Assembly: GCA_008632985.1 (NCBI GenBank)
Contig: QPGO01000292.1
Span: forward strand, 1-64,000
DNA: 64,000 bases
Direction of reading: 5' to 3'
Source: Psammoneis japonica
Lineage: Eukaryota
The position numbers were made by a program, and so were the translations under genes. Shown in pieces: positions 35,186-46,500 of the stretch. How positions within the stretch are numbered: the first letter of the stretch is position 1; each line of letters begins with the position of its first letter. The notes beneath the pieces were generated by a model, which saw nothing but the letters and a program-made list of their open reading frames with translations, made no database searches and was not told the DNA's origin.

Positions 35186-35685
35186 GTCGCGTGGAATATT
35201 CGTCATCGACATAAAGGTTTCAAGGATGCGCTCTTCTCGGCAAAAAGACTTTTTCTGGAGGAATTGGATCCGTGTAACCATGCATATTTACATAGATACA
35301 TATTTTGAAGATACAGTAGTGCTGCAAACAGAATCTGAAACACTCCTTTGCTCTACCGACCGTACTGTACAAAGTGCCATGATGTTGTCAAAAAAGGCAT
35401 TTTGTGAACGAAAAGTAATATAGAACATACGTCTCTTTAGTTTGGATACGCCACGAAACTTGAATCTTCCATCTTAGTGCCATATATTTTATATATCCGT
35501 TTAACCATATGTAAGGTCGCGACAAAAAGTACCGTTCATTTTTCCAAGACTCAGGAACTTTAACACACACGACCGCATTCTCTCACGACATCACATCTCG
35601 CAGGCATTGATGCAGTGAAAGAAAAAGTTCGACCGAGTGTTTTGTGTGCAACCAAAACCCATACGCCTTTTTTTTGCAGTCTACC

Positions 35686-36443
35686 ATGGGTTCCTGTCAG
35701 AGCCAACCAGATGTCATAGAACCAGCCACCAAGGATTCTTTCAGGTCACCGCAATCCACATCAACGCGAAGCTTGGACGCGAATAGCACTCTGGACGGAG
35801 ACATGAGTACTTTGCAAGAAGCGCCGTCACAGCGAGGCGTGATGGATGGCAAGGATGTAATGCTAGAATTTGGAGATCAAAGGTATGTTGGTAGTATATG
35901 TTTTGAAGCTAGAGAAACTTATGGTAGATTACTACCCTGCTCCAACCATTCTCCTCATTGTCATCTTGCATCGCCCTGCCTCTTTGCTCGACTCCAACGA
36001 CGAAATCAGCTTTTCTACCTTTGACCCAAGATCACTTTATGGAGGTCATACAGCGGGTGGTGGAGGAGAAGGAGCTGAAATGTCTGACGGAGTTACCCTT
36101 AGCTCCTTTTACATGACATCCACGACGAACTCATTAGTTGGGGACACGATGCGGACGACGATTCGTTCTTTTTCAGTCATGATCCACAGGAGCAAGTATT
36201 GGCGATCGAGGCACCACCCGGCAAGTTGGGTTTAGTCTTGGATACACCGGGTTCATCACCACCAATTGTACACACCATAAAGGATTTTTCGCCTTTGAAG
36301 GGAAACTATTCGAGGGCGACAAGCTGTTGGCGCTGGACGACGAAGACGTCCGGTTTTATACTGCCGTACAAATATCCAAGATGCTCAGCAGGAAGAGTGC
36401 ACATCCAAGAAGAGTTTTCACCATAAGTCGAGTGACGAGTTAG
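35686..36443 (+). CDS. PDZ-like domain protein with an N-myristoylation-type start
   Basis: MGSCQS start; IEAPPGKLGLVLDT...PIVHTIKDFSPL...GDKLLALDDEDVR. Intron and frameshifts are present. Confidence 0.7.
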
Positions 36444-37419
36444 GATTTGGGAAATCATGCCCAGGCTGGCGCGAAGGAGCATGTTGCTTATTACAATGTA
36501 GCAAGCAGGCATCTATGCTGAGAAACCTTGTTCGTCCGTGAGGAGAAAAGAGAGAATTTGTATGCTATATCAAGTCTAAATCGATCAAGAAGAACTGTAT
36601 CTGTGGCTAGTTTACCGCCTTATAAGAAGCATACTTGCCCAATTCAATACGTACCTCCCAACGTATTGTCTCTCTGTGTGATTACTTCATCCAGTCGATA
36701 TCGCTGATGCGTTGCATCTTTTTGGCAATAAGTCAAACCTGGCACTACTGCCTTCTTTCTCGACCACTCAGTTTGATACATGCTTTGGATTCAGTCAGCT
36801 TCAATTCAAGACATCTTACGGGCATCGCACGAACTGATTGGTTGCTAGGTAGTCAAGGGATTCTTACTTGTGCTCATGTTGATCTACCACTTCAGAATAA
36901 TGCTACAGTATCTTCTGTGCCGACGGTATAATACAAGGTGCACACGATTGAGCCCGACAATGCAATAATTTCTTTTGTTCAGCCGTTGAGTAGCGAATAA
37001 AGGTGAAACAAGAACAGGATGCCAAATAAAACCGAGCACAGCAGCTTTCTGGAAGCATTCGAATGGCATACTTCGTGTAAGTTGTTGAAACATTCAATCA
37101 CTATCTTCGAAAGGAACGATTTCTGTTTCTTGTTTCTCACCTGCTTACTTTCTCTGTCAGGTTTGTGAACACAAGAATGTGTTGGCTTGGAAAGAATGGT
37201 CTTGGGGTATCAAGTCGCTTATCTATCCCTGGAACGACAACACGTGAGGTGTGCAAACACTAACTTGGGGGTTACTATACCTCTACTGAAGACGGTGAAG
37301 ACGATACCTGAGTTTTCATACCGTCGAAGCGAGAATTGATTGTACATGCCTCAGTGTTGTCGATTGACGAGCTACACTCTCATGCAACGAGCCTAGTACA
37401 CACTGACAAGGTTGGCGAG

Positions 37420-38990
37420 GACGAACTAGCCGCTTTCGACGAGACAAAGCGTCAATGGCATTCAAGTATCCCCAGTTTTCATGAGCTCATAATCGACTGG
37501 AGAGGGGTACCAAAACTTCCTCATACCCGTCACTGTCGTCGAGGCGAAGCTAACTATTGTATGTGCTTGTTTCAAGAACAAAAACAATAATGGACAGTCG
37601 CCAGGGCATGAACGAATATCAGTGGCGTATTTAAGAACCAACAAAGAAAAGCTACAAAGTTGTTGTCTAGTTTAAACCTACAAGTTACTAAAGAGAAAGG
37701 AAATATTGTTGTGCCTACTACCTAAAAAGCCGTGAACTGGAAGATTGTTAAGTAGGGGTCTTTTGCCCCGGGGTTTTGGTTGAGAGTTTTTTTTTCCGTT
37801 CTGTGGGCCTGAGCCAGGGCAGCTGTGCCCGAGGAGGGGGATGCCGTACTACTAAGCTCGCCTTTTACACCACTTAGCAGGGTCTTATACCCTTTCTCAC
37901 CTCAGATGCTATTCACTCCTTTTCTTAGTTTGGCCTCTTTTCAATTTTTTCGCTCAATAATACCACACGGTATAGACTTTGGTGGATAACAAGTGTCACT
38001 AGCCGATCCACCCCTGTCCTGCGGGAAGGCGTATCCACAGTAATACTGACAGAGTCCCGGTTCTAGTGCCTTGTTTCCTTTTTAATGTCTCAGAACGCTC
38101 TCGTCACCAAGGACTGTTTTGTACTGGAGGAAGAACCCGGTCCACATCATACGCAATCACAAAAATGAACGCAACTACACCCAAGCCGAATCCAGCGTAA
38201 TCCAACCATTCACCACAATCATCCGTCGTCATGAAATTCCAATAGTAAGTATTGAAGGAAAGAACAGCATCATGGACACTGAGACGCTCCTTCTCAACAT
38301 ACGAATGAAAACAATCAATCACACGGATGATGTGTGGTGCTCCACAATCGGGGTGTCAAACCATCGACAAGAAACCTCAATCTCATGTCGTGGAGAATCT
38401 GAGCATCGAATATGGACTCTAAACAAACGCCACGCAGAGTCCAAACACGAGATACAGTTCCTCTACGACACGAGACTGAGAACACTACTCCTTCGAGTCG
38501 ACGGCGATCATGGTAGCGGCAGGCATCACGCAGGCGTTGTCTGACTTGAGTATAGAAAAGTCCATGGTTGAGAAAGCATACAATACAAACCGCGGCCTTC
38601 GTTCTTACCCCAAAAACAACCCTGACAATTCTCTGTTTCGATGAATTGTGACCAATGAGTGATGTTCCGATCAGCCCATCACGCTCCTCGGCATACCAGG
38701 AATGCGTAGATTCTACACGAAATTCCGAAACACGACTCATTTAACGATTGTTAGGATCAGGTTTTGCGAGTGCAATGAAGGTGTTGGCTCAACTGATAAG
38801 GTTTTCAAACGGTCATTTTTCAGCTACCCTTCTCTTCCCTTGTACCGTCGTCAACAACCGCCGTCACGGTTTCTCACGGTCTCCACGGTGCTCTTGCGGC
38901 GCACAGCGTGGGCCGGCTAATAGACTGTTGTCGGAGGGAAGTTTCGCAAGTTGAAGTTCGCATGCGATCTTTCGCGCGCGTTTATTATTT
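37420..38990. repeat. Copy 1 of a ~1.5-kb direct duplication
   Basis: Matches ~41920-43520. Near-identical at 37750-38720, with more diverged flanks. Includes a 72-aa minus-strand ORF at 38104-38322. Confidence 0.9.
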
Positions 38991-39100
38991 GAGAATCGGA
39001 CGGGCATTTACCACACAGTGCATGATTTCAACACCGACCATCGGCGTTCCCCAAAACGGTCCTGGCTTTCCTAGCAGTTCTAGTTGCTTTTGCGATTCAA

Positions 39101-40153
39101 TTGGATTTCGGCATAGAACTGCATGAGTGGTCAACTCGACAACCCCGAGTTGATCTGCTTGAGAATAGGAACAGCGAAGACGAAACAAGCTCGGGTGTTC
39201 TTGTTCAATTCTCGAGTCGATCCGAGACCTTGGTTGGCCGAATCTTTTACCCGGTGAATGACACAGATCAACCGCCACCCGTTATCATCCTTGCACATGG
39301 CTTGGGACTTTCGCAAGACTGTTCTCTTACAGGGTTTGTAGAGGCGTTTCGCGGAGCAGGATTTGCCGCCTTTACATTCGACTACGCAACGTTTGGCATG
39401 TCGACCGGCACTCCGCGTCATCAGGTACACCCGGAGAATCATATAATGGACATTAAAGCGGCCATATCCACACTTAAGGAACGTTCTGCCCAGCTCCAAA
39501 TCGATGCGTCCAGGACGGCGCTGTTTGGAACTTCTCTTGCGGGGGGGCATGTGCTCCGTGTGGCAGCCGAGACAAGGGATAACGAGTTGCGCTGCATCAT
39601 ATCACAGATCCCACACCTTGCAAGTGGTGCCGAATCTGCTTTTGGAACTATGTTACGGGCTCCTGGGTCAACTTTGCTGAGTGTAGGAAAATTGGGTCTT
39701 GCTGCAGTCCGCTGGGTGGTTCAGTGGACGATGGGCAGGTCTTTGTACGTGCCTCTTGTTGGCCTACCTGGTTCGCTAAGTCTGATGCAGAACGATGGTG
39801 ACTTTGAGGGATATCTTTCCTTGACACCAGAAAATGGTGGGAAATTTGATTGGCGAAATGTAGCAACACTTCCGTCGTCTACTCGAATCCTGAAGTATCG
39901 ACCGCTAGACGCCGTTGAGAACGTGCAAACTCCAGTCTTAATGATTGCAGCCGAAGAAGACACACTCTGCCCTGCTATTCACGTCGAGACAGCTAGAAAA
40001 CTAATCGACAGACGCGATACTGAGGTCGTAATACTCAAAGGCGCCCGCCACTTTGATCTCTATCGTGGGGAACAGCATGATGAATCGGTTCGTGCATGTT
40101 TAGCGTTTCTGCAAAAGCACATGTCAAAGGACAGTACCCGATATCCTAGATAA
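39101..40153 (+). CDS. Alpha/beta hydrolase (start uncertain)
   Basis: ILAHGLG, FDYATFGMSTG, nucleophile elbow GTSLAGG, AAEEDTLC (Asp) and GARHFDLY (His). Confidence 0.85.
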   Translation: MDFGIELHEWSTRQPRVDLLENRNSEDETSSGVLVQFSSRSETLVGRIFYPVNDTDQPPPVIILAHGLGLSQDCSLTGFVEAFRGAGFAAFTFDYATFGMSTGTPRHQVHPENHIMDIKAAISTLKERSAQLQIDASRTALFGTSLAGGHVLRVAAETRDNELRCIISQIPHLASGAESAFGTMLRAPGSTLLSVGKLGLAAVRWVVQWTMGRSLYVPLVGLPGSLSLMQNDGDFEGYLSLTPENGGKFDWRNVATLPSSTRILKYRPLDAVENVQTPVLMIAAEEDTLCPAIHVETARKLIDRRDTEVVILKGARHFDLYRGEQHDESVRACLAFLQKHMSKDSTRYPR

Positions 40154-40165
40154 GAGAAACGGTAG

Positions 40166-41740
40166 ATGCAAAACTTTCAAAAACGTGGCACTTTGCTCTA
40201 TAATAGTTATGATAAATCATTAATCTGGACGCAGCCAAAGCGTTTCTATTCGTTTGGAAAACATACGAATGGTCTTGCGAGGAATGCGAATTGCGGAATG
40301 ATATACTACTCACAAATATATGTTCAGGGTTTTTCTCCGTCGACAATACGTGAAAAGCTGCAAAGGAATCCGACGCAGCAGCACGCCAAAAAGGTTTGCG
40401 TGATTGGCGGTGGTGTTAGTGGTTTGACAGCGGCCGCCGAACTCGGTCAAGATGCGATTTTGCTCGAATCGAGTGCAACGTTGGGAGGACGAGTTCAATC
40501 CGATCTTGTGGAGGGCTTTATTCTGGACCGAGGCTTTGCGGTCTTTATTGAGGAATATCCTGCCGCCAAGAAATTGCTAGACTACGATCGATTAGATCTC
40601 CATCAATTTCTCCCGGGAGCTCTCATCAAAACAAACGACAGAACTGATCTAGCCAGGGTAGTTGACCCACTTCGAGGCGGCGATCTACTCACAGCTCTCT
40701 TCACACCGGTAGGAACCTTTCGAGATAAGCTTGCCATGCTGCCCTTGCTTATCAACGTTCGAACCAAGTCGATACAAGAACTATTTCAGGAACCTGAAAC
40801 CGATACTTTGAGCTATCTACAAGATCGATTTTCAAACGATATGATTTCTAAGTTCTTCAAACCCTTTTTGCAAGGGATTTACTTGTGTCCCCTGGAGGAA
40901 CAGTCTTCTCGCATGCTATTATTCGTAATGAAAATGTTCTCGGAAGGCGCTGCAACACTTCCGGCAAAGGGTATGCAGGCTGTAGCCGATCAACTTGCTG
41001 AGAAAGCAACCAATGCAGGGGTAGAAATATGCAGAAACCGACGAGTAACGAGTATTTCGAAGGAATCTGACGGGTTCTTGATCAAGTGTTCTGGCGGACC
41101 AAACGTTGTCGCCGATTCAGTAATTTGCGCAACAGAGGGACCAGCGGCGAAGAAGGTCCTATCCACATTTCAAGGACTCGACTCTCTTGCTGATGGTCCA
41201 GATCAACCACAACGGTCTGTGGGCTGTCTCTATTATACTTTCAATACGCCCGTACCAGTTTCAGATCCCATTCTTATCTTGAATGGCGTGGACAACGAAA
41301 CTGAGAGTCTCCCCGTTAACAACATCTGTTTTCCGTCTGTGGTCAGTAGCAGCTATGCTCCTCCTGGCTATGGGCTTTGCAGCGTTACAGTGCTGGGACA
41401 TGTCATGGAATCGTTCCAGGATAGTACCGACGAGCTTGACACAGCTGTTCGCAGACAACTGGTATCCTGGTTTCCTGACTACGAAATGGACATTCTGGAA
41501 AAATGGAACCTGAAAGGCACCTACCACATCAAAATGGCACAGCCGGCACAATTGTATGGTCCAATGCCGGCTATTGTGAACGGCGGTCGAACGTGCGATT
41601 CCTTTCTCGGTCAGCAGCTTCCGCCTGGTCTGTTTGTTTGTGGCGACTACATGGCAACTGCCACCCTCAACGGCGCACTTGAAAGTGGTTTGTCGGCCGC
41701 AAGAGCTGCGTCGACACACATCATGGCGCAGGAAAAGTAA
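40166..41740 (+). CDS. Flavin-containing amine oxidoreductase family protein (true start likely downstream of 40166)
   Basis: VCVIGGGVSGLTAA, LGGRVQSD..EGFILDRGF and CGDYMATATLNGALESG. Confidence 0.9.
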   Translation: MQNFQKRGTLLYNSYDKSLIWTQPKRFYSFGKHTNGLARNANCGMIYYSQIYVQGFSPSTIREKLQRNPTQQHAKKVCVIGGGVSGLTAAAELGQDAILLESSATLGGRVQSDLVEGFILDRGFAVFIEEYPAAKKLLDYDRLDLHQFLPGALIKTNDRTDLARVVDPLRGGDLLTALFTPVGTFRDKLAMLPLLINVRTKSIQELFQEPETDTLSYLQDRFSNDMISKFFKPFLQGIYLCPLEEQSSRMLLFVMKMFSEGAATLPAKGMQAVADQLAEKATNAGVEICRNRRVTSISKESDGFLIKCSGGPNVVADSVICATEGPAAKKVLSTFQGLDSLADGPDQPQRSVGCLYYTFNTPVPVSDPILILNGVDNETESLPVNNICFPSVVSSSYAPPGYGLCSVTVLGHVMESFQDSTDELDTAVRRQLVSWFPDYEMDILEKWNLKGTYHIKMAQPAQLYGPMPAIVNGGRTCDSFLGQQLPPGLFVCGDYMATATLNGALESGLSAARAASTHIMAQEK

Positions 41741-41919
41741 TTTCGAATGATTCATGTTTGAGATGTGGACGAAGATGCATCTCGGCACAAAACTCACTTG
41801 GAAAAATTTAGCATCGCTCCTCAGGCATTTATTTTTTGATAATCGAATAGCTTGAAGCTATTGTCACTCAAGGTGGTTGATCGCAGCAGCTACTAAGATG
41901 CAAAATGCGAGGTTTCTTG

Positions 41920-43520
41920 ACGAACCAGCAGCTATCACAATGGTTGCGAGCTTTTTGACGCGGGCGAAGCGGAAAGCGAGACGAAGCGGCTGCGGTTTCC
42001 AAGTTCCTCTGTCTTATGAGCTCGTAAAGATAGTCCACTGGAGAGGGGTCGAAAAAAATCATCATAGATGCGACGGCCTATCCGTCAATGTCATGCAGAC
42101 AAAGCTACCTATTGAAGGTATTTGTTTCAAGAACGAAAACAACAGTGGCCAGTTTGTACCGGTAATGGATATTTGAACCAACAAGAAAAGGCTGCAAAGT
42201 TGTTGTCTAGTTTAAATCTACAAGTGCCATAAAAAGCAAAGGAAGTAATACTTACCGTGCCTCCTTAATACATATAAAGCCGCGAAGGAAGATTGTTGAG
42301 TAGGGGTCTTTTGCCCCGGGGTTTTGATGGAGAGTATTTTTTTTTCGTTCTGTGGGCCTGAGCCAGGGCAGCTGTGCCCGAGGAGGGGGATGCCGTACTA
42401 CTAAGCTCGCCTTTTACACCACTTAGCAGGGTCTTATACCCTTTCTCACCTCAGATGCTATTCACTCCTTATCTTAGTTTGGCCTCTTTTCAATTTTTTG
42501 GTTGCTCAATAATACCACACGGTATAGACTTTGGTGGATAACAAGTGTCACTAGCCGATCCACCCCTGTCCTGCGGGAAGGCGTATCCACAGTAATACTG
42601 ACAGAGTCCCGGTTCTAGTGCCTTGTTTCCTTTTTAATGTCTCAGAACGCTCTCGTCACCAAGGACTGTTTTGTACTGGAGGAAGAACCCGCTCCACATC
42701 ATACGCAATCACAAAAATGAACGCAACTACACCCAAGCCGAATCCAGCGTAATCCAACCAATCACCACAATCATCCGTCATCATGAAATTCCAATAGTAA
42801 GCATTGAAGGAAAGAACAGCATCATGGACACTGAGACGCTCCTTCTCAACATACGAATGAAAACAATCAATCACACGGATGATGTGTGATGCTCCACAAT
42901 CGGGGTGTCAAACCATCGACAAGAAACCCTCAATCTCATGTCGTGGAGGTTCTGGAAGTCGAATATGGACTCTAAACAAACGCCACGCAGAGTCCAAACA
43001 CGAGATACAGTTCCTCTACGACACGAGACTGAGAACACTACTTCTTCGAGTCGACGGCGATCATGGTAGCGGCAGGCATCACGCAGGCGTTGTCTGACTT
43101 GGCTATAGAAAAGTCCATGGTTGAGAAAGCATACAATACAAACCGCGGCCTTCGTTCTTACCCCAAAAACAACCCTGACAATCCTCTGTTTCGATGAATT
43201 GTGACCAGCGTGAGTGATGTTCCGATAAGGGCATCACGCTCAGCGACATACCAGGAATGCGTAGATTCTACACGAGTTCCGAACCACGACTCATTTCACG
43301 ATTGTTAGGATCAGGTTTTGCGAGTGTCATGAAGGTGTTGGCTAAAAACTTTGACGGAGGAAGTGTGCTGAAAACGGCATCCACGTCCAACAGCCACGTC
43401 GAGTCGTCGTCCTCGTCGCCTCGTCCCCGCTTGCTTTTTCATGGTGATGCTGGCCGCGCCGGAGGGAAGTTTCGCAAGTTGAAGTTCCCATGCGATCTTT
43501 CTTGCGCGAGTTTGAAAATC
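41920..43520. repeat. Copy 2 of the ~1.5-kb direct duplication
   Basis: Matches 37420-38990. Includes the 72-aa ORF at 42656-42874 with 4 amino-acid differences. Confidence 0.9.
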
Positions 43521-46500
43521 TGAAGCGCAGCAACATGCGTTTCTCCGGCGCTGGGAGCCTCCATGGCAGGGCAGCTGCAACGACATCCAACGGCACTGCC
43601 CAAGTCACAAAAATGGCCCCTGCTGTTGGCAATGCAGAGCATGTGGTGGATGAAGCCAGCTTTGAGGTTGCAGAGCTTTTCGTTAAAAAAACACACCCTG
43701 AGTCTGTTCAAATGAGCAAGACGGGCAGCTTCCACTTCGTGCCTTGCATCTGCAAAGAACAGTGTCAAAAGAGGTGCAGCTTCTTCTCAGTGAGAAACAT
43801 CTGCAAGGTGCACAGCAGTTGACACAACATGCCAAGGCAGCCTCCCCCCCCTCCACTCTGTGTGCTTTTTTGTTCTCTTTTTGTCGACGAGTGGCGCTGG
43901 AATTGTCACACAGCGCAGTCAGCTCAAGCAAAGCTTCCTTTGCCAGTGAAAAGGTTGGTGGATCAGGTGCCTCCCTGTGCAAGGGATCTGAGTTGGCAGT
44001 GATGGTGGGAGGGATGGATCTGGGGGGAAGGTGGATTCTTCAGATGTCTCACCCGGAGGAGAGGACAAAGACGCAGCAAGAGTGCCAGGGAACACTTCGC
44101 AATGAGAGGAGTCACTGCAATGTTCATCCTCCTCCTCCTCCTCCTCGGCTTCTTTGTTGGGGGGGCGTGGCCTCTGGGTTGTCAGCAGGTGGGAAACTGG
44201 GTGGGTTGTCATCTCCATTGAAGTCTGTGGTGGAATTTGCTGCTTCGTCTTCCTCAGAGGCAGCAATGGATGACTGACAAGCAATTTGCTGTTCTTGGAA
44301 AACAAAAATGGTGGCATGCAACAACTGGCTCAATTGAGTTGTGGAAGACACACTGGAGCGGGGTGCATTTTGCCAGTGGTGGTGGTGGTGGCAAAAAGGC
44401 ATGAAGAGCCAAGAGTCAGATTGGAAAAGGAAGGCGCCATGGATGCAGGATGAAATGATTTGATGCTTGTTCACAACCATTTGTTGGTGTGCAGGTGTTG
44501 GATTGATTTTTCAGCAAAGTTGTTGAGTGGAAACTTGGTTGATTTTTGAGTGGGAGTCACTGGGCAGGGTGGCAACAGAGCTGTTAGAGAGCTGGCCGTA
44601 AAGAGACAGTGGACATCATGGCACGAGCATGTTCAGAGATTGAAGATGAAAAGTTTTGAATTGGAGGGAGGATCTGTTTAAAATTGAGTGCAGATGTGCA
44701 GCTAAACAAAAAAATGCAGGGAGGGGGGGACACCATCCAGGCAAGCAAAAAACACACAGAAGGGAAAAAGACAACCATCACATGCACACATCGTCCGCAA
44801 GACTCAGCCACATCCATCACGTCACTTCAGTGTGCTTCAGCACACACCCAAAAAAAAACACCACAGCAGCAGTGGAGGATGATGGTCATTGTGGAGCAGC
44901 AGATGAGCCCAGCCAATGTTGGATGGTGATCATGCCAGGGTGATGCAAGGCACAGCGAAGGTGAGAGAACATGATGCAAAGGAAACACTGTTCCTCAGTG
45001 TCACGCTCACATTCGATGACAAGGAAACAGAGGAAACAGGCATGCTCTGCAGAGATTATGAACAGAGCTGTGGCCCCAAGATGATGGACGGGATGCTGCA
45101 GGATTTGCGCATGCCAGAGCAAAAAAACATGCCTGTGCTCCTGCCTGTGGCTTGCGATGAAACAAAAAAAGATGCAACAGGAGTGGCCAGCAACCAAGGG
45201 GTCAAATGCATGCCAGGTGCAGGAGGACAAGCTTCACAGTGAGTGATGATGAAGGGTGCAATGAGAGCAGCCATTGCCATTGCCAACAGTGTCGTCACTT
45301 GCTTTCCCTTCTGCAAATGAAGCTCTTTGTGCATGCTGCAATGACAACAATTGCATCTTGCAGTCCACGGATGGATTCCAAGATCTTGCTTGGGAAACCC
45401 AGCTTTGCAGACAGTGTTCTGTGACTTCATGCTGCACCCAGTTGTCAGAGACACATGCTGGAAAGAGCGCATTTCCAAGAACAAGAGGACGGGCACAGCG
45501 TGTGCCAAGGCGTTTGCCCACACATGCTTCTCAAGAACAACTGCGATGCATGGCATGCCAACCACAAGAGCCAAAACAAGGGTGGGACTTTGATGTCGGA
45601 TTGCAATGTGGAGTCGGTTGACAATGGAGCAAGAGGGAAGCAACAACATGTGTGAGACCATCATGCCAGACCTCGTGACAGCCAAGGAGAAGGGCAGCCA
45701 GGACAAGAGTGTGTTTGTGCTGCTCCAGAAAGATCCACAACAGCCACTGGAGGAAGAAGGTCTGTTGGTGTAAGAACCAAAACAGAGGTTCAAGGACACA
45801 AGGGAAGAGTCAGTTGCAAAATGGGGCACGGTGGTCAAGAAATTCAGAGACAAGCCAAAGACTGCAGCTTGAGCCACAGCTCTGACCGAGGCCACAACAG
45901 TGCTTGTTGACATCCAAAACGATGCGGGTGCATCCAGCAAGAAGAGAAAGGTTGTCAGAACACTCAAGCATTTCACGCAGCCAAAAGACACAGGCTGGAG
46001 GTGCAAGACACCAAGAAAGTGCAAAGGGTGGTTGCCAAAGGCCAACAAGTTCTTTGCTGACATGGTCATGGAGATCAAGCAAGATGTTGCAAGCGGACGC
46101 CTCAGCCAGTGGGAAGAGCTTTGCAGAGCCATCACAACTGAGTGAGATCAACGGGCAGCAGAAGAAGCACTGGGCAGCTTGGATGATGAAGTTGACCACC
46201 AGGTCAACTGTGCCAAAATCTATGAACTGGAGTTGGTGCCAGTTTAGTTGAGATTAACTTGGCAGCAATGACTCACATTCACACTTGTTGACAATCGATT
46301 GCAGCAGAGACACACAATGAATGGACGAGACAATGGAAAACATTGTTTGAACGTGCAAGTCAACCAATTGACTGTGACAGCAAAGATTGAAAATGAGCCC
46401 CAATGCTGAGTTTGGCAATCACCCAGTCAGCAATGACGAGCCAAGTGAATTCCCACAAAGGAACTCATTTGGATCTGCAAACTGATTGGGTTTCACCTCA

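Noticed and set aside
37858..37950. U5 snRNA (GCCTTTTAC loop and an AATTTTTT Sm-like site)
   Set aside because: The loop is not closed by a U5-like stem and the spacing to the Sm-like site looks too long. Kept only as an unassigned structured-RNA candidate.
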